Shown one piece after another: positions 26,418 to 38,738 of a stretch of DNA of 61,808 nucleotides. Under the pieces are notes generated by a model. The model saw nothing but the letters and a program-made list of their open reading frames with translations. It was not told where the DNA came from and made no database searches. The stretch is from Patellaria atrata CBS 101060 (Eukaryota), in assembly GCA_010093705.1 (NCBI GenBank), contig MU006093.1:1447301-1509108 (forward strand), read 5' to 3'. The position numbers and the translations under genes are program-made. Each line of letters opens with the position of its first letter. Position 1 is the stretch's first letter.

Positions 26418-27347
26418 ATGTACAGAGATTCAGCTGTCGAAACATACTATACCAAAGCACTCGCTGCCGTGACTCCGTGCGAAGAGTGTACAATGTCCGA
26501 CTGCGTCTCCAAAGAATCCCAGTCGGAATGGGAAGCAGACGAGATTGACCGACTACGGGCAATACTTTGGTACGAGATGAGTTGCCACAAAGGTCACAAA
26601 AGATGGTGGAACGTGAAGGACTTCAAGACAGTATCCAACGTCCGACACAAATCCGTACAAATATACATACAAAATGAGTTGAAAAGATTACAACACCTGC
26701 ACGAGGAGGGCGTATGGGGTGAAAAAGAGCTGGTACAGCTTGTCCGAGTGAAGGGACAGGCGGACGAGCTTGGGAGATACCTTGGCGTTGCGAAAGCTGA
26801 GGAGGACAACGAGGAGGAAGAAGAGGAAGAAGAGGAAGAAGAGGAAGAAGAGGAAGAAGAGGAAGAAGAGGAAGAAGAGGAAGAAGAGGAAGAAGAGGAA
26901 GAAGAGGANNNNNNNNNNNNNNNNNNNNNNNNNNNNNNNNNNNNNNNNNNNNNNNNNNNNNNNNNNNNNNNNNNNNNNNNNNNNNNNNNNNNNNNNNNNN
27001 NNNNNNNNGAAGAAGAGGAAGAAGAGGAAGAAGAGGAAGAAGAGGAAGAAGAGGAAGAAGAGGAAGAAGAGGAAGAAGAGGAAGAAGAGGAAGAAGAGGA
27101 AGAGGAAGAAGAGGCAGGTGGCGAGATGGTAGAGGAAGACGGAGAGGAGGATGAAGATGAAGAGATGACGGAGGGTGCAGAAGATGAAGATGCGGATGAG
27201 GATGAAGAACACTCGGAGGCGGGCGAAGATGAAGAAATGTCTACGGGTACCGATGATATGATGGAGGATGAAGATGGAAAATTTCCTATGGATGCGGAAG
27301 ACATGGTGAGGACTGACATACTTCTACCCACGGGACTAGGGAATTAA
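26418..27347 (+). CDS. Orphan ORF with very long poly-glutamate/acidic C-terminal half (spans an assembly gap)
   Basis: ATG after a CA-rich leader, about 130 aa unique N-terminus with CEEC..C, then a (GAA/GAG)n tract and an acidic tail; frame across the gap cannot be verified. Confidence 0.55.
   Translation: MYRDSAVETYYTKALAAVTPCEECTMSDCVSKESQSEWEADEIDRLRAILWYEMSCHKGHKRWWNVKDFKTVSNVRHKSVQIYIQNELKRLQHLHEEGVWGEKELVQLVRVKGQADELGRYLGVAKAEEDNEEEEEEEEEEEEEEEEEEEEEEEEEEEEEEEEXXXXXXXXXXXXXXXXXXXXXXXXXXXXXXXXXXEEEEEEEEEEEEEEEEEEEEEEEEEEEEEEEEEEEAGGEMVEEDGEEDEDEEMTEGAEDEDADEDEEHSEAGEDEEMSTGTDDMMEDEDGKFPMDAEDMVRTDILLPTGLGN
26811..27113 (+). repeat. (GAGGAAGAA)n 9-mer tandem repeat interrupted by a 100-N gap (26909-27008)
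   Basis: Near-perfect 9-bp periodicity on both sides of the gap. Confidence 0.95.
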
Positions 27348-27979
27348 GTGGGAGGAGTCAAGAATTCAATTGGAAAGTATGTTTGGTCGCTTTGATGAGA
27401 CATACGCTTAGATACCCGTGTACATATGGATTACTTCTCTCTGTACGCACTATTAGCACTCTTCGACATATATGTATTTGTAGAATATACACTGGTGTAT
27501 GGTCATATTCGCGTTGCGGAGCAAATCAACAGGTTCTATACGGTGATGTCTATTGTACAACTAATGTATTCCCACAAAAACCCCTTGATTGTAGAGGTAA
27601 GTCGGAATCGTTCTAAACATTAATTGTACAGTACGATGAGGTTATTGTAGTGCAATGGAATCTCTTTCGGTGTGAATGTTAATAGGGTGGTAACAAACGC
27701 TGTGATATTCCTTTTGGAAGGAACTCTTCGACAAATGTACGCTGCGTATATAGTGGTCGTCATACCGTTAAGCATGAACTCCGATTGAAGCTCAGTACTC
27801 TGTATAGAGAGGTCGGAGGTTCATTGGAGTTAAATTAGAATCGACGTAGGGTCCGTGCAGAGCCCGTGATGCCGCGTCTTCGGAGAAATCGCGGCGTCCT
27901 CCCATATACTTTTTTCTGGACTGAACCCTGAATCCATTCAGCAATTCGAAGCACATTACCATTGCTGCACTGGAGAAGG

Positions 27980-30518
27980 ATGAGGTTCAATGGGATTGTG
28001 AGGACGCAATCTTCGGCCCTCAGATCGTTGGCCAATGGAGTAAGGGCACCTCGCTCGAGCCCACTACTCCAACAACGGTGCGCCTCAACAGCCGCTCTTA
28101 GGCCTATACGGACTGCCAAAGCTGTTGACTCCCCATCATGGCAGAATCGGAGGTGGCAGTCTGCAGCTGCAGCTGTGTGAGTGTTTGCCGCGAAACGTCA
28201 GGGCCTAACTATACACTAATGGACTTAGCATGGAACAAGCATCTGCAGATTCGAGCCAGCTCACTCAGGAGACTATCATTGAGAACCTCGACCCGAAAGA
28301 AGCGGCGCGGTTAGCTCGGGTTCGGAACATTGGTATTGCTGTGAGTTGGGACAAAGGGTGGTATCCATCTCAAATGCTAACATGTAAAGGCACATATCGA
28401 CAGCGGTAAGACTACGGCGACGGAACGTGTCCTTTTCTATACCGGTCGAATCAATGCAATACACGAGGTCCGTGGCAAAGATGCTGTTGGCGCAAAAATG
28501 GACTCCATGGACCTGGAAAGAGAAAAGGGTATTACTATCCAATCCGCAGCAACGTTTTGTGACTGGGTCAAAAAGGAGAATGGAAAGGATGAACAATATC
28601 ACATAAATTTAATCGATACCCCTGGGCATATTGATTTCACGATTGAAGTGGAAAGAGCTCTGAGAGTCTTGGATGGTGCTGTCATGATTCTCTGCGCAGT
28701 GTCGGGTGTACAATCTCAGACGATTACCGTGGATAGACAGATGAGGAGATACAACGTGCCAAGGATATCATTTATTAATAAAATGGACCGTATGGGCGCC
28801 AATCCGTTCAAAGCCGTAGAGCAAATCAACCACAAGCTCAAGTTACCCGCTGCTGCTGTGCAGGTGCCAATCGGAAGCGAAGACAACTTCAAAGGAGTTG
28901 TCGATCTAATACGTATGAAGGCAATCTATAATGAGGGTGACAGTGGTGAAAAAATCATTGAGAAAGACGAGATACCGGCAGATCTTGTGGAGTTATGCAA
29001 GGAGAAGAGGACGAAGCTCATCGAGACCGTTGCAGATGTGGATGAGGAGATTGCAGAGATCTTCTTGGATGAGCGCGAACCGACTCCAGAACAACTCAAG
29101 GCGGCCATACGACGAGCAACAATTTCGTTGAAATTCTCACCAGTATTGATGGGTTCCGCTCTAGCAGATAAGTCCGTCCAACCTATGCTGGATGCAGTCT
29201 GCGATTACTTGCCCAATCCCTCGGAAGTAGAGAATCTGGCATTGGACACACGGAGAAACGAACAACAGGTCAAGTTAGTCTCTTACAATTCTCTTCCATT
29301 CGTTGGGCTTGCGTTCAAGCTGGAAGAGAGCAATTTCGGGCAATTGACATATATCCGGGTTTACCAAGGCTCCTTAAAGAAGGGTATGAACGTCTATAAT
29401 GCTAGGACAGACAAGAGAGTCAAGATTCCAAGGATCGTGCGAATGCACTCGAACGAGATGGAAGAAGTCCCAGAGATCGGTGCTGGTGAAATCTGCGCCG
29501 TGTTCGGCGTCGACTGTGCGTCTGGTGATACCTTCACCGATGGAAAACTAGGGTACACAATGGTAAATTTTTCTTCCCCTAAAACCCTAACTCTCCTAAC
29601 ACATCCCAGACCTCAATGTTTGTTCCTGAACCCGTCATCTCCCTTTCCATCAAGCCCAAGAACCAAAAAGACGGGCAAAACTTCTCCAAAGCCATGAACC
29701 GCTTCCAGCGCGAAGACCCAACCTTCCGCGTGCACGTCGATCCCGAATCCCAGCAGACCATCATCTCCGGCATGGGCGAACTTCACTTAGACATCTACGT
29801 TGAGCGCATGCGCCGCGAGTACAAAGTTGACTGCGAGACCGGCCAACCCCAAGTCGCCTACCGCGAGACCATCACCCAAAAAGTCCCCTTCGACCACCTG
29901 TTGAAAAAGCAGACAGGTGGTGCTGGTGACTATGCGCGCGTCATGGGATGGATGGAGCCGACGGGCTCGCTCACCGAAAACAAATTCGAGCAACAGGTCA
30001 CCGGTGGCAGTATCAGCGAAAAGTTCCTCTTCGCGTGTGACAAAGGCTTTCACGCCTCTTGCGACAAAGGCCCTCTCATCGGGCACAAGGTACTGGGAAC
30101 AGCCATGGTCATCAACGACGGCGCAACACACATGACCGACTCCTCCGAACACGCCTTCCGCAACGCGACCATGCAAGCCTTCCGCAAAGCCTTCGCCGCC
30201 GGTCAACCAGTCATCCTGGAGCCCCTCATGAAGACTACCATCACCGCCCCCAACGAGTTCCAGGGCAATGTCGTCGGGCTTCTGAACAAACGCAATGCAA
30301 CGATTAGCGAGACGGAGATCGGCGCCGAGGATTTCACCCTCTATGCTGATTGTAGTTTGAACAGCATGTTTGGCTTCTCGAGTCAGCTGAGGGCCGCGAC
30401 GCAGGGGAAGGGCGAGTTCTCGATGGAGTTCAGTCATTACGAGAAGGCGCCGGGGCAACTACAGAAGGAGTTGATTGCGAAGCATGAGAAGGCGCAGGCG
30501 GAGAAGGCGAAGAAATAG
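27980..30518 (+). CDS. MEF1: Mitochondrial elongation factor G1; three introns
   Basis: [54 protein letters not shown], Arg-rich presequence. Confidence 0.97.
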
Positions 30519-30946
30519 AGGAATTTTCAGAGAGTGGTGTAGTTGACGCAATGGGAACGAGGGCTTAAAATGGGCTTTTGGCTCGAATAGGACGGGGGCG
30601 GCGTATGGTATCGCATTTTAAGCGGCATTTAGACGGAAAGGGATTTTGTACACATATGTTTCTCTTTCGTTGTCGCTGTAGGGAAGGGGTATTGTAGCAT
30701 TAACAAACAGTTCTGGTTAGATCAAGGGACGAAATCTAGTGACAGACGTCACGAATCTCTACTTCACGAAGATTATTCTGGAAGCAATTGGTTTGTATAT
30801 TTGTGTAGCTACTTATAGCTGATTTTCCTCTAAAGCCATGCAAATGCTGGATCCGTGCAATGTGCCCTTCCATTTGCTGAAACAAATACAAACACTAGTC
30901 CCTATCTGAGTTTCTTGTCTCAGCTTTGGGTATCCCATGGATATGA

Positions 30947-32917
30947 TTACAGCATCACGACTCCGATACCACCCATGCTCTTCTCGTCCGCCGCGTTTCT
31001 GACGTCCACGCCGCCAGGTATCGGGTTCGCCCGGTAGTTGAAAAGATAGAAGTGCAGCTGGCCGTCACCAGCACCGAAGCGCTGTTCCTCTAGGAATAAG
31101 GGATTGTCCATGAGAGTGAGAGCATTGAAGACGTCGAAGTTTTCCTGCTCATTTATCAGCCTTATAAAAGAGACCGAGAGAAAGGTAGAGATCAAATTTG
31201 AAACAAATGGAACAAGAGCGAAGGACGTATATATCCAAATCAAGTTGGCCGAATTGCTTGACTTACCTTCTTCGCCAAAATCAGCGCATCCTTAACCAGC
31301 GTATTCAACCTCTTCTTATACGCCTTCTGGTCATCCCCAAATGCCGTTTCTGTCGCATAGTAGAAAAGATACGCAGCGCGTACCAAGTCATGTTTCTTGC
31401 TGCCTATCACAGTACTCGGTAAATAATAGAAAGAAAAGAAATCCGAAATCTTCTTCGACTCCGGGTCCTCGACGACAAAAGTCCATACCACGCGCTCAGA
31501 CTTCGAGTCCTCCTTATGCAGGAGCCAATGCTCGATTTCCTCGCGCGTGTAGACCTGCGCCATCTGCATACGGTCTAGGAACCGGTTTTGCAGATCCAGA
31601 ACGCTATCGATGTCTTTGGCCGCCATTGGCCGCAACCCGTGCGTTGTGGTTTCGGACGGTAAGGCGAATCGGGCCACTTGGCGCTGTTTTGTGCTCCCAG
31701 GAGGTAACGGCGAGAATCCGACGTCGTATAGCTTTTCCCAGTCTAAGCTTCGGTGGAAGTATCGACATGTGCTGACGGGGGTGGGGAGGATGATTCCGAC
31801 GGTGTAGATCGCTTGGTATATCCCAACGACGTAACACCGCCGTGTGATCTCTTTGATGAGAACGGGGGTAAGGCGCTTTTGCCGTAACTTCTTGTGTACG
31901 CAGAGAAAGTTGATCTCGGAACACTTAAGGACCTTGTCGCGCACGCGAAGATCCACTGGGATACCCGAGATAAAAGCAACTAGACGACGAGAGCTGGAGG
32001 TGCGAACGCCTACATGCCATTCTTTCCGCCAACCAGGAGACTTGAGGGCCCTTTTGATTGTGAGTCAGCATAGAGATTCTCCAACACAAATTCGGGAAGA
32101 ATGTGGATTTACCAGTCAAAGAAAGAAGCGGAATATCTGAACCTGAACATCGCTTCGTCATCTTCGACGTAGTGACCCGAGAGTAACTCATGAACTTCGC
32201 TGAGCTAGGAATCATCAGTAGAGTTCTCGTTACAATATTTTAATATCAACATACCTCGTTCTCGTCCGTCAAATCCATGGTAACCCACTCATACCCAGTC
32301 GGTAAAGGAGCAGGTTCCTTCGGAACAGTCTTAGGGTCTATTATCTTTATTGGACCCTCCTCTATGCCGCCTTGTGCCCTCTCCTCTACCTAGAGTTAGC
32401 CAATGAGCTCTGACCAAACAGCACAACCCTCATTTCTCTATCCATTCCTCCAATTTACAGCGGACCTACCAAACTTTGGCACCGGTTGCGTCTTCCAAAA
32501 CGTATGACTAGCCATATCCTTTTGATTCTTTCCTCCAACCGCCATTCCCGTCAGCAGATCGCTCGCCTTCAGCTTTCTCATCATCTCTTCTATTTTCTTC
32601 TGGTCCCCGCCGAGCGTCTCCAGTTCCGACTTCAGGGCTGGGTTCGCCTGTAGCACCTGCTGCAGTTGTCCCGCGCTGAGTTGCGGTTCTGAGGAACTCG
32701 AGGATGATACCTGACTACCTGTTAGAGCAGCCTTTAGTTTAGCCTTCTTGGACTTCTTTTTCTTCGATTTGGCGGCGGTGGGAGCTCCACTGGACGGTTC
32801 GGCCTCGCCTTCATCTTCGTCGTGAGAGGATTCTGCTGCGTTTTGGGCTTCGGCGAGTGTTTCCTTGACAGCTTCAGCTGTAGCTTGGGAGTCAACTGGT
32901 TTCGATTCTTCCGACAT
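30947..32917 (-). CDS. NMT1: Glycylpeptide N-tetradecanoyltransferase (N-myristoyltransferase); four introns
   Basis: [51 protein letters not shown]-terminal GIGVVML. Confidence 0.97.
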
Positions 32918-33541
32918 CGTGATATTAGGTACTGCTGCACGCTTTCGTGGCGGTTGTCGTTGAGTTTGTTAATGATTGTGGAATGTAGAGGGGTGTGGGG
33001 CAGGGGCAGGGGCAGGGGCAGATTGAAAGCTTGTTGAAGCTAACGTCACACAGCAGCTTAGGAGACGCATCGTGCTAAGAGTACTATACATTACAGTATA
33101 AAAAGATTTCAGTGGATATTTTCAGTCTGTACTGAATGGCTTACAGTAATCTATCCCAGATCTCTCTAACCAGTAGCTATATATGAGTACTATACTATCC
33201 AAGTGCGACCGAAGTAGAGACCGACTGACATAAAAGTCAACGAATTGTTACTGTATAATATGTACATTGGAAAGGCTCCCACGGTTATGTAGAAAGCCCA
33301 TATGAAGTCGCTCCAGAATGCATGCTCACAGCCTCCATGCTCCTAAAAACGCCAGCGCCGTATCTGCAATATCGTATCCATCAAGTACAATAAGTTGACC
33401 AAAAAGTCCTACAGTATTCATAAACCCATTGCCATCGTTTGTGTTACCCAGAACAAGAAATCGTTCGAATTGCCACCGCATAACTGGGTAGAAAAAAAAC
33501 TCCGAAAACCAAATTTTTTGACTGAAACAGAGGGGTAAAGC

Positions 33542-34951
33542 CTACCGTCTCTGTTCATGGTTCACTGACTCCTCAAAGCCGGAAGACGGGGTTCTATCTA
33601 CCGGAGTGAGACTTTCAGTAATTTGTATACTCGGGACACGATCTATATCCGGTAGTTGCGGTGCTGTCCGCATCGTCCTCACGCTAGAGTGATTCGACGG
33701 TAAATGAGGAGCTCTTGTATCGACAGGACTCGAGTATGGAGGTGCTTCGTCCCAGCCCAGATCATCATATCGTGGAGGCTCCGGCGGCGGAATACCCATC
33801 TCACCTACATCGGCAGAGCTATGTGCTGGTGGAGAGTGTGACGAGCCAGAGTTGGTGTTGGTTAGATTAATCACCTCAAAATCCGTATGACCGCTTTCGT
33901 TGCTTTGAGAACGGGCGGGTTCATCGGAGGCGTTGGACGAGAGAGATATCACAGAAGATGCCGAGCGACCCCTAGAGTGAATGGTCAACGTTCTGCTGCT
34001 TCCAGGACGGCCTTCCTCCATAGCGGCAGCGCCGTCTAAGAGCGGCCTATTGTCAGATTCTGAAGAGTTGGCCCGCAGTCGAGTACCATCATGTCGAGCA
34101 ACACCGAGTTCAGCATATTGAACACTGCTAACCCTCCGTTGGCGATCTTTTGCTTGATGTTCGGCAATTAGTTGATTTGCAATTGTTTCACCACCAAGGC
34201 TCTCCGCTCTCCTCCTCGCATCCTCACGTAATCTTCGCAGTGTCTCGAAATCGCCTCTATCCCTTGCTTCGCGCCGTTGCCGTCTCCGTTCCTCTCGCTC
34301 AGCATTCTCCTGCCGCCGGGCTAATCTGATCTGATAAAGTGACTCCATCTCCTCATCGCGTCGCTCCTCCTCCTCTTCATGTGTTTCTGGAAATTCCACC
34401 ACAACATCTATACCAGCTCTTTCTCCCTCACGTGCCAAAATTTGTTCATTGGGCCTTGCGACCGGTGCATAAGCTGGTAATGTCATAACGCTTCTAACGG
34501 AAGTATTCCTATCAACTGTCGCGCCGGCTGTTTCCGAAACCTCGGCAGCTCTGTGCGGTGCAGTCTCCAGTTCATTTTCCATGGTCGTCTCATGATTGGA
34601 CTCAGCATTCGTGCTGTGGAGCGACCGACTATCGTTTTGTAATCTGTTCGAGTATTTTCCTTTCCTCTTTTCTTCCCAGAAGCGCCAATTCCATTTGCGT
34701 TTCGAGGGGCGCGGGCCCACTGTACTCTTAATATGTCGACGTCTCGCTCTGTAAAGGATGAAAGCGACAATAAGGGTGATGCCACCAACAACTGAAAGAC
34801 CAACTGCCTGTAGTAATCACCGATTAGCCAAATTCCACATCTCGTACTCTGTAACACATACTATTGCCGTTGTACTCGGTGCTCGACCTTCACTCTTGTC
34901 TTCACGCCTTTGCAAGTTGGTCTTTAACTGAGAAGATATGGACAGGTACAT
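33542..34951 (-). CDS. Single-pass membrane protein with a long cytoplasmic tail carrying PY motifs; one intron near the 5' end
   Basis: Spliced TM AVGLSVVGGITLIVAFILY followed by RARRR; RNTSVRSVMTLPAY, ERAGIDVVVEFPET, charged coiled coil, PPRY and APPY. Confidence 0.8.
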
Positions 34952-35930
34952 CACTGGTCACTGACAGCGTACGGTGCCAATGCTACCAGAATGACGGCGA
35001 GGATGTGGTGTAATCGATATCCCAGAGTCGCTCTCGAACCATGAGCGGTCGCGAGAATTGAGGTAACCAGGTTTTCCAGTATTCGAAAGTAATCGGGGTC
35101 CACGAGTGCAACCTATTACAAAATAGTATATACAGATATTGGCAAACACGAGGAGGATAGGTTTATACAATAAGAAATAGGTCACAAGGCATAATTGATG
35201 TTGAGGCTGACAAGAGGGCTGAAGTTATTAGTTATTCCATTCGAAGATCCATCCGGCGGGTGGCTCAGCCGGTTTTGCAACCTGGAAGCTTGAGGTGGTC
35301 GGGGGAGTAGGCTTGGAAGGTTAGGTTGGACCGCTCCTTGATGTTGGGGGCGCTTTGCTGATCTCCAATCATTGGACCTTACAACGGCGCAGAGCTTGAA
35401 CTTTTACTGAAATACCTTTCTAAACCCTTTGGTATTTCAATTCGACGACGGGAAAAGGCTCACTAGGCGGACTGGAGAGTATGAACTCAAGAGAGCAGAA
35501 GAAGAGTGAAGGAGAGGCGGCGATGACGGATCACCAGTGATTCACCACCAGGAGGACCCCCTTACACGCTGCGATTACATGATGTCCATCAAGCTTGATT
35601 ACTCGGATCAAAATAGAAACACAAATAATTCGTTCGCACATTCTTTACCTCACGTAAGTTATCGTTAGGCCTCCCTACAGCAAAACGCCATTGTTATCCT
35701 ATCACGCCAATCTAATCATCTCTCCATTCCTATTCGTGAGGACGCAAGTAAAATCGCAAGCAAAGCCTTAAATAAGAATAAAGTTCACTCATGGAGCCAA
35801 TCTCGTTCATCTCATGAACCGATGCGATCCGCAGATGCGTTGAGAAAATCAGTTGCATCTCTTCATACGTCGTTAATTAAACATCTTGGTATCCAAAATA
35901 TGCACGTGAAAAAGTAGTAGCTTCGTCAAA

Positions 35931-37464
35931 TCAGAACTTCTTATCCAATCTTTTCAAAAACCCTCCTACTCCTTTCTCCAGCTTCCTCGCTCTGGCTTCC
36001 AATCCACCAGGTCTTTGCGGCTGCTGTTGCGCCGGATCATTGCCTGTACCCTGCATACCAGCCTCATGCTCTGTCGGCCTATACGCTTGCCCCGAACCGT
36101 AGCCCTGATCAGCGTGTTGACCATATTGATACTGTGAGTATCCTCCAGGAGGCGGCCCAGTTGCTTGTGCGGGCACGAAACTAGGCGATTGTAACGGTGT
36201 ACCTGCATTCGGACCAAATCCAGGTGACGCGGGATAATTCGCGTACTGCATCTGTTGCTGCGCATATTGTTGTTGAGGTTGTTGTGAATATGTTGCCGGC
36301 ATTGTGTTCTGACGCTGTAAAGGTAGTGGGGAACCGTTTTGGCCATACTGCTGTGGCTCTTGTGGGGGAGGTGCAAATGATTGTGCGTATTGCTGCCCTA
36401 CCGGAGGGCCTTGACTCCCTGTAGTCTGGGGAGGCGGAGGAGGAAACGAACCCTGAGTATTGGTTCGTGTAATGCCAGTTGGTGGAGTCCCCGTCGGAGG
36501 GGGAGGTGGAAACCCTTGGGTAGTCTGACGTGTAGGCGGTCCCGGAAGATACGATTGCTGTTGCTGTTGATGTTGCTGTGGTGCAAAGGGGTTTGTATGA
36601 TGTAGTGGAGGGCCGTTATAGCCTTGATCGACTAACTGGGCTTGAGATAGACCGGTACCAGTCGCCGCATCCACTGGAGGTGGGGTGGGCTCACGGTGAG
36701 CAATGGGTTCTGGTGCCGCCGGAGCTGCTGGATTATATGCCATTGGTGCAAAGTTGGAACCTTGACTAGCTGGAGGAGGTGAAGCGGTGCTACTACCAGG
36801 AGTGGGCACCGTTGGAGGACCAGGAAAAGTTTTAGTAGTGCTAATACTTTCACTTCGACCTTGATACGGTGGACTTGAGATGGCTGCTTGCTCTAACTTC
36901 TGCACCACTGGGCTCATTGTGTCCCTATGCTCAGCGACTGCAGCTTCAGCAGGGGCATCGAGGATGCGTAGTTGACTGTCGACCATGAAACGCTTTAATG
37001 AATCCCGGAACATATCGGAGTCCGCCACAGTCCAGAAATATATGTCGACTGTATGAAGTTTGAACATATATTTCCCCTGATTGCTTTGATCCAGCGTTGG
37101 GAGATGCCACTGTGACATATCTTGCTGTGGGCTCGGTGCTGGACTTCCTGTAGCTGCGCTCTGGGGGTCTACTGTCACTGTGAAGAGCGTGGGATGTTTA
37201 TGTGAGTTTTCGATGGATGAGCAATCAAGATCTAGATCGCATGTTTAGTATATTGTCCTTTATGGAGAATCTTATTTGACACCTACATCCCGTAAAAGCA
37301 TCCTGATCTGACGTGCCGGCATTATTTGCTATTTCTAGCCTTCCCCGCCGTTGGATAGGGTTATGGTATAGGTAGACATATGAACCTTTGTCGAATCTAT
37401 GGTGAGGAGGTTTCGAGTTAGGAGGACCGAAGAAGTAGTGTAGGTCCGCAAAACTAGGGGACAT
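35931..37464 (-). CDS. Conserved fungal hypothetical protein with a globular N-terminal domain and a Pro/Gln-rich low-complexity tail; one intron
   Basis: HHRFDKGSYVYLY, KYMFKLHTVDIYFWT, MSPVVQKLE, YNPAAPAAPEPIAHRE, GGFLKRLDKKF end. Confidence 0.85.
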
Positions 37465-38030
37465 CAGTAAAACGCACCAGAAATTATAGAATCTAATAAA
37501 ACTTACAGAGTCAAGAGAAGCACCTCGCCTGGCTGTGGAGGCATTTTCGGTTTGGTATACTGAATATCAAAACGGAAAGACGGAGATAGCCCAGGAGTTC
37601 AAACAACTTGCTGAAATAATTATAAGAAATAGAAGTAGCTGTCTGCAAAATATATGCAAGAAGACTGAATTACAAAAATCTGGGTTGATTGCAGAAGCGC
37701 CAGGCTATGAATATCTATGAATATCAGCGGTTCGATGCTCGAATTGCGCCCAATCAGACGAGAAGTCCACCATTAAAACGTTTGTGCCGAACCTTCCCCG
37801 GCTTTCATGCTCGACCTTGATGAATTTATTTTTGGGAACCATCAGTCCATTTGTTCCAACGACCCTTGCGGATGTCAACGCATCAATTCTACTTTTGATG
37901 AGAATCTCTTGAACAGGAGAGCATATCCTCGACGACTGTGCGTCCCCACGAAGCTGCGTCTCGGCTGGCGCAACCACCAACGCGACAACCTTGAACCCCC
38001 TTCTCATCTCGTTCTCCCGCAGCTGTCCCA

Positions 38031-38738
38031 ATGTCACTCGTCAATCTAGGGAACATCTGCTCACATCTACAAAATGCCTCTAAATCGCGGTTAGGCTTAA
38101 CATCAATACCTCTCACGAAACTCCATCTTGCTCTTGCTCTTGGGCTTCAAAAGGAAGGCTTCGTCTCCAAAGTAACTCTTGGTGGTCGCGCACCTCCGTT
38201 ACCTCCATCTTTAAGAGAGCCCATATCAGTGTCAGAAGGCGCGGAAATTACTCCGGATAAGCTACAAGAAGAACCATGGCTGGCTTTTGCAAAACCGACC
38301 GCACAAGACTCGGGGGCATTACTGAAGAAGCAGATTCCGCAAGAGAACCCAGTCTCTACCCAGATTTCAAAGAAGATTCTAGCTAAGACTCAACGAACTA
38401 CGCCGACTAAACTAACGCCGCAGGAGAGCTTGGTCTCTTCTCAAGTTTCAAAAGAGATTCTGAATAATCCTGCCCACCAGAGGCTCTGGCTTGGACTTAA
38501 ATACTGGAATAATCAACCTGTTCTTAGTGCCATGAGTCTGGTCTCGAAACCCACCAAAAGGATATGGCTGAACTCAGATGACCTTGGCCGGATAGCGAGG
38601 GGTAGAGACGCAGGATATGTGAAGGGACTGTCGAGTCCAGGAGAGTGTTTGTTCATATCAACAGATCGGGGTGTTATGGAAGTAAGGCACTGTGTCGAGA
38701 AAAAAATCGGCGGTATGGTGCTCTGTCGCGTGTCATAG
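38031..38738 (+). CDS. MRPS8: Mitochondrial small-subunit ribosomal protein uS8m, intronless
   Basis: MSLVNLGNICSHLQNAS, RLWLGLKYWNNQPVL, SKPTKRIW, STDRGVME..KKIGGMVLCRV. Confidence 0.94.
   Translation: MSLVNLGNICSHLQNASKSRLGLTSIPLTKLHLALALGLQKEGFVSKVTLGGRAPPLPPSLREPISVSEGAEITPDKLQEEPWLAFAKPTAQDSGALLKKQIPQENPVSTQISKKILAKTQRTTPTKLTPQESLVSSQVSKEILNNPAHQRLWLGLKYWNNQPVLSAMSLVSKPTKRIWLNSDDLGRIARGRDAGYVKGLSSPGECLFISTDRGVMEVRHCVEKKIGGMVLCRVS

Noticed and set aside
26594..27331. Poly-Ser, poly-Phe/Leu and poly-Lys/Arg ORFs
   Set aside because: Alternative frames of the GAGGAAGAA repeat
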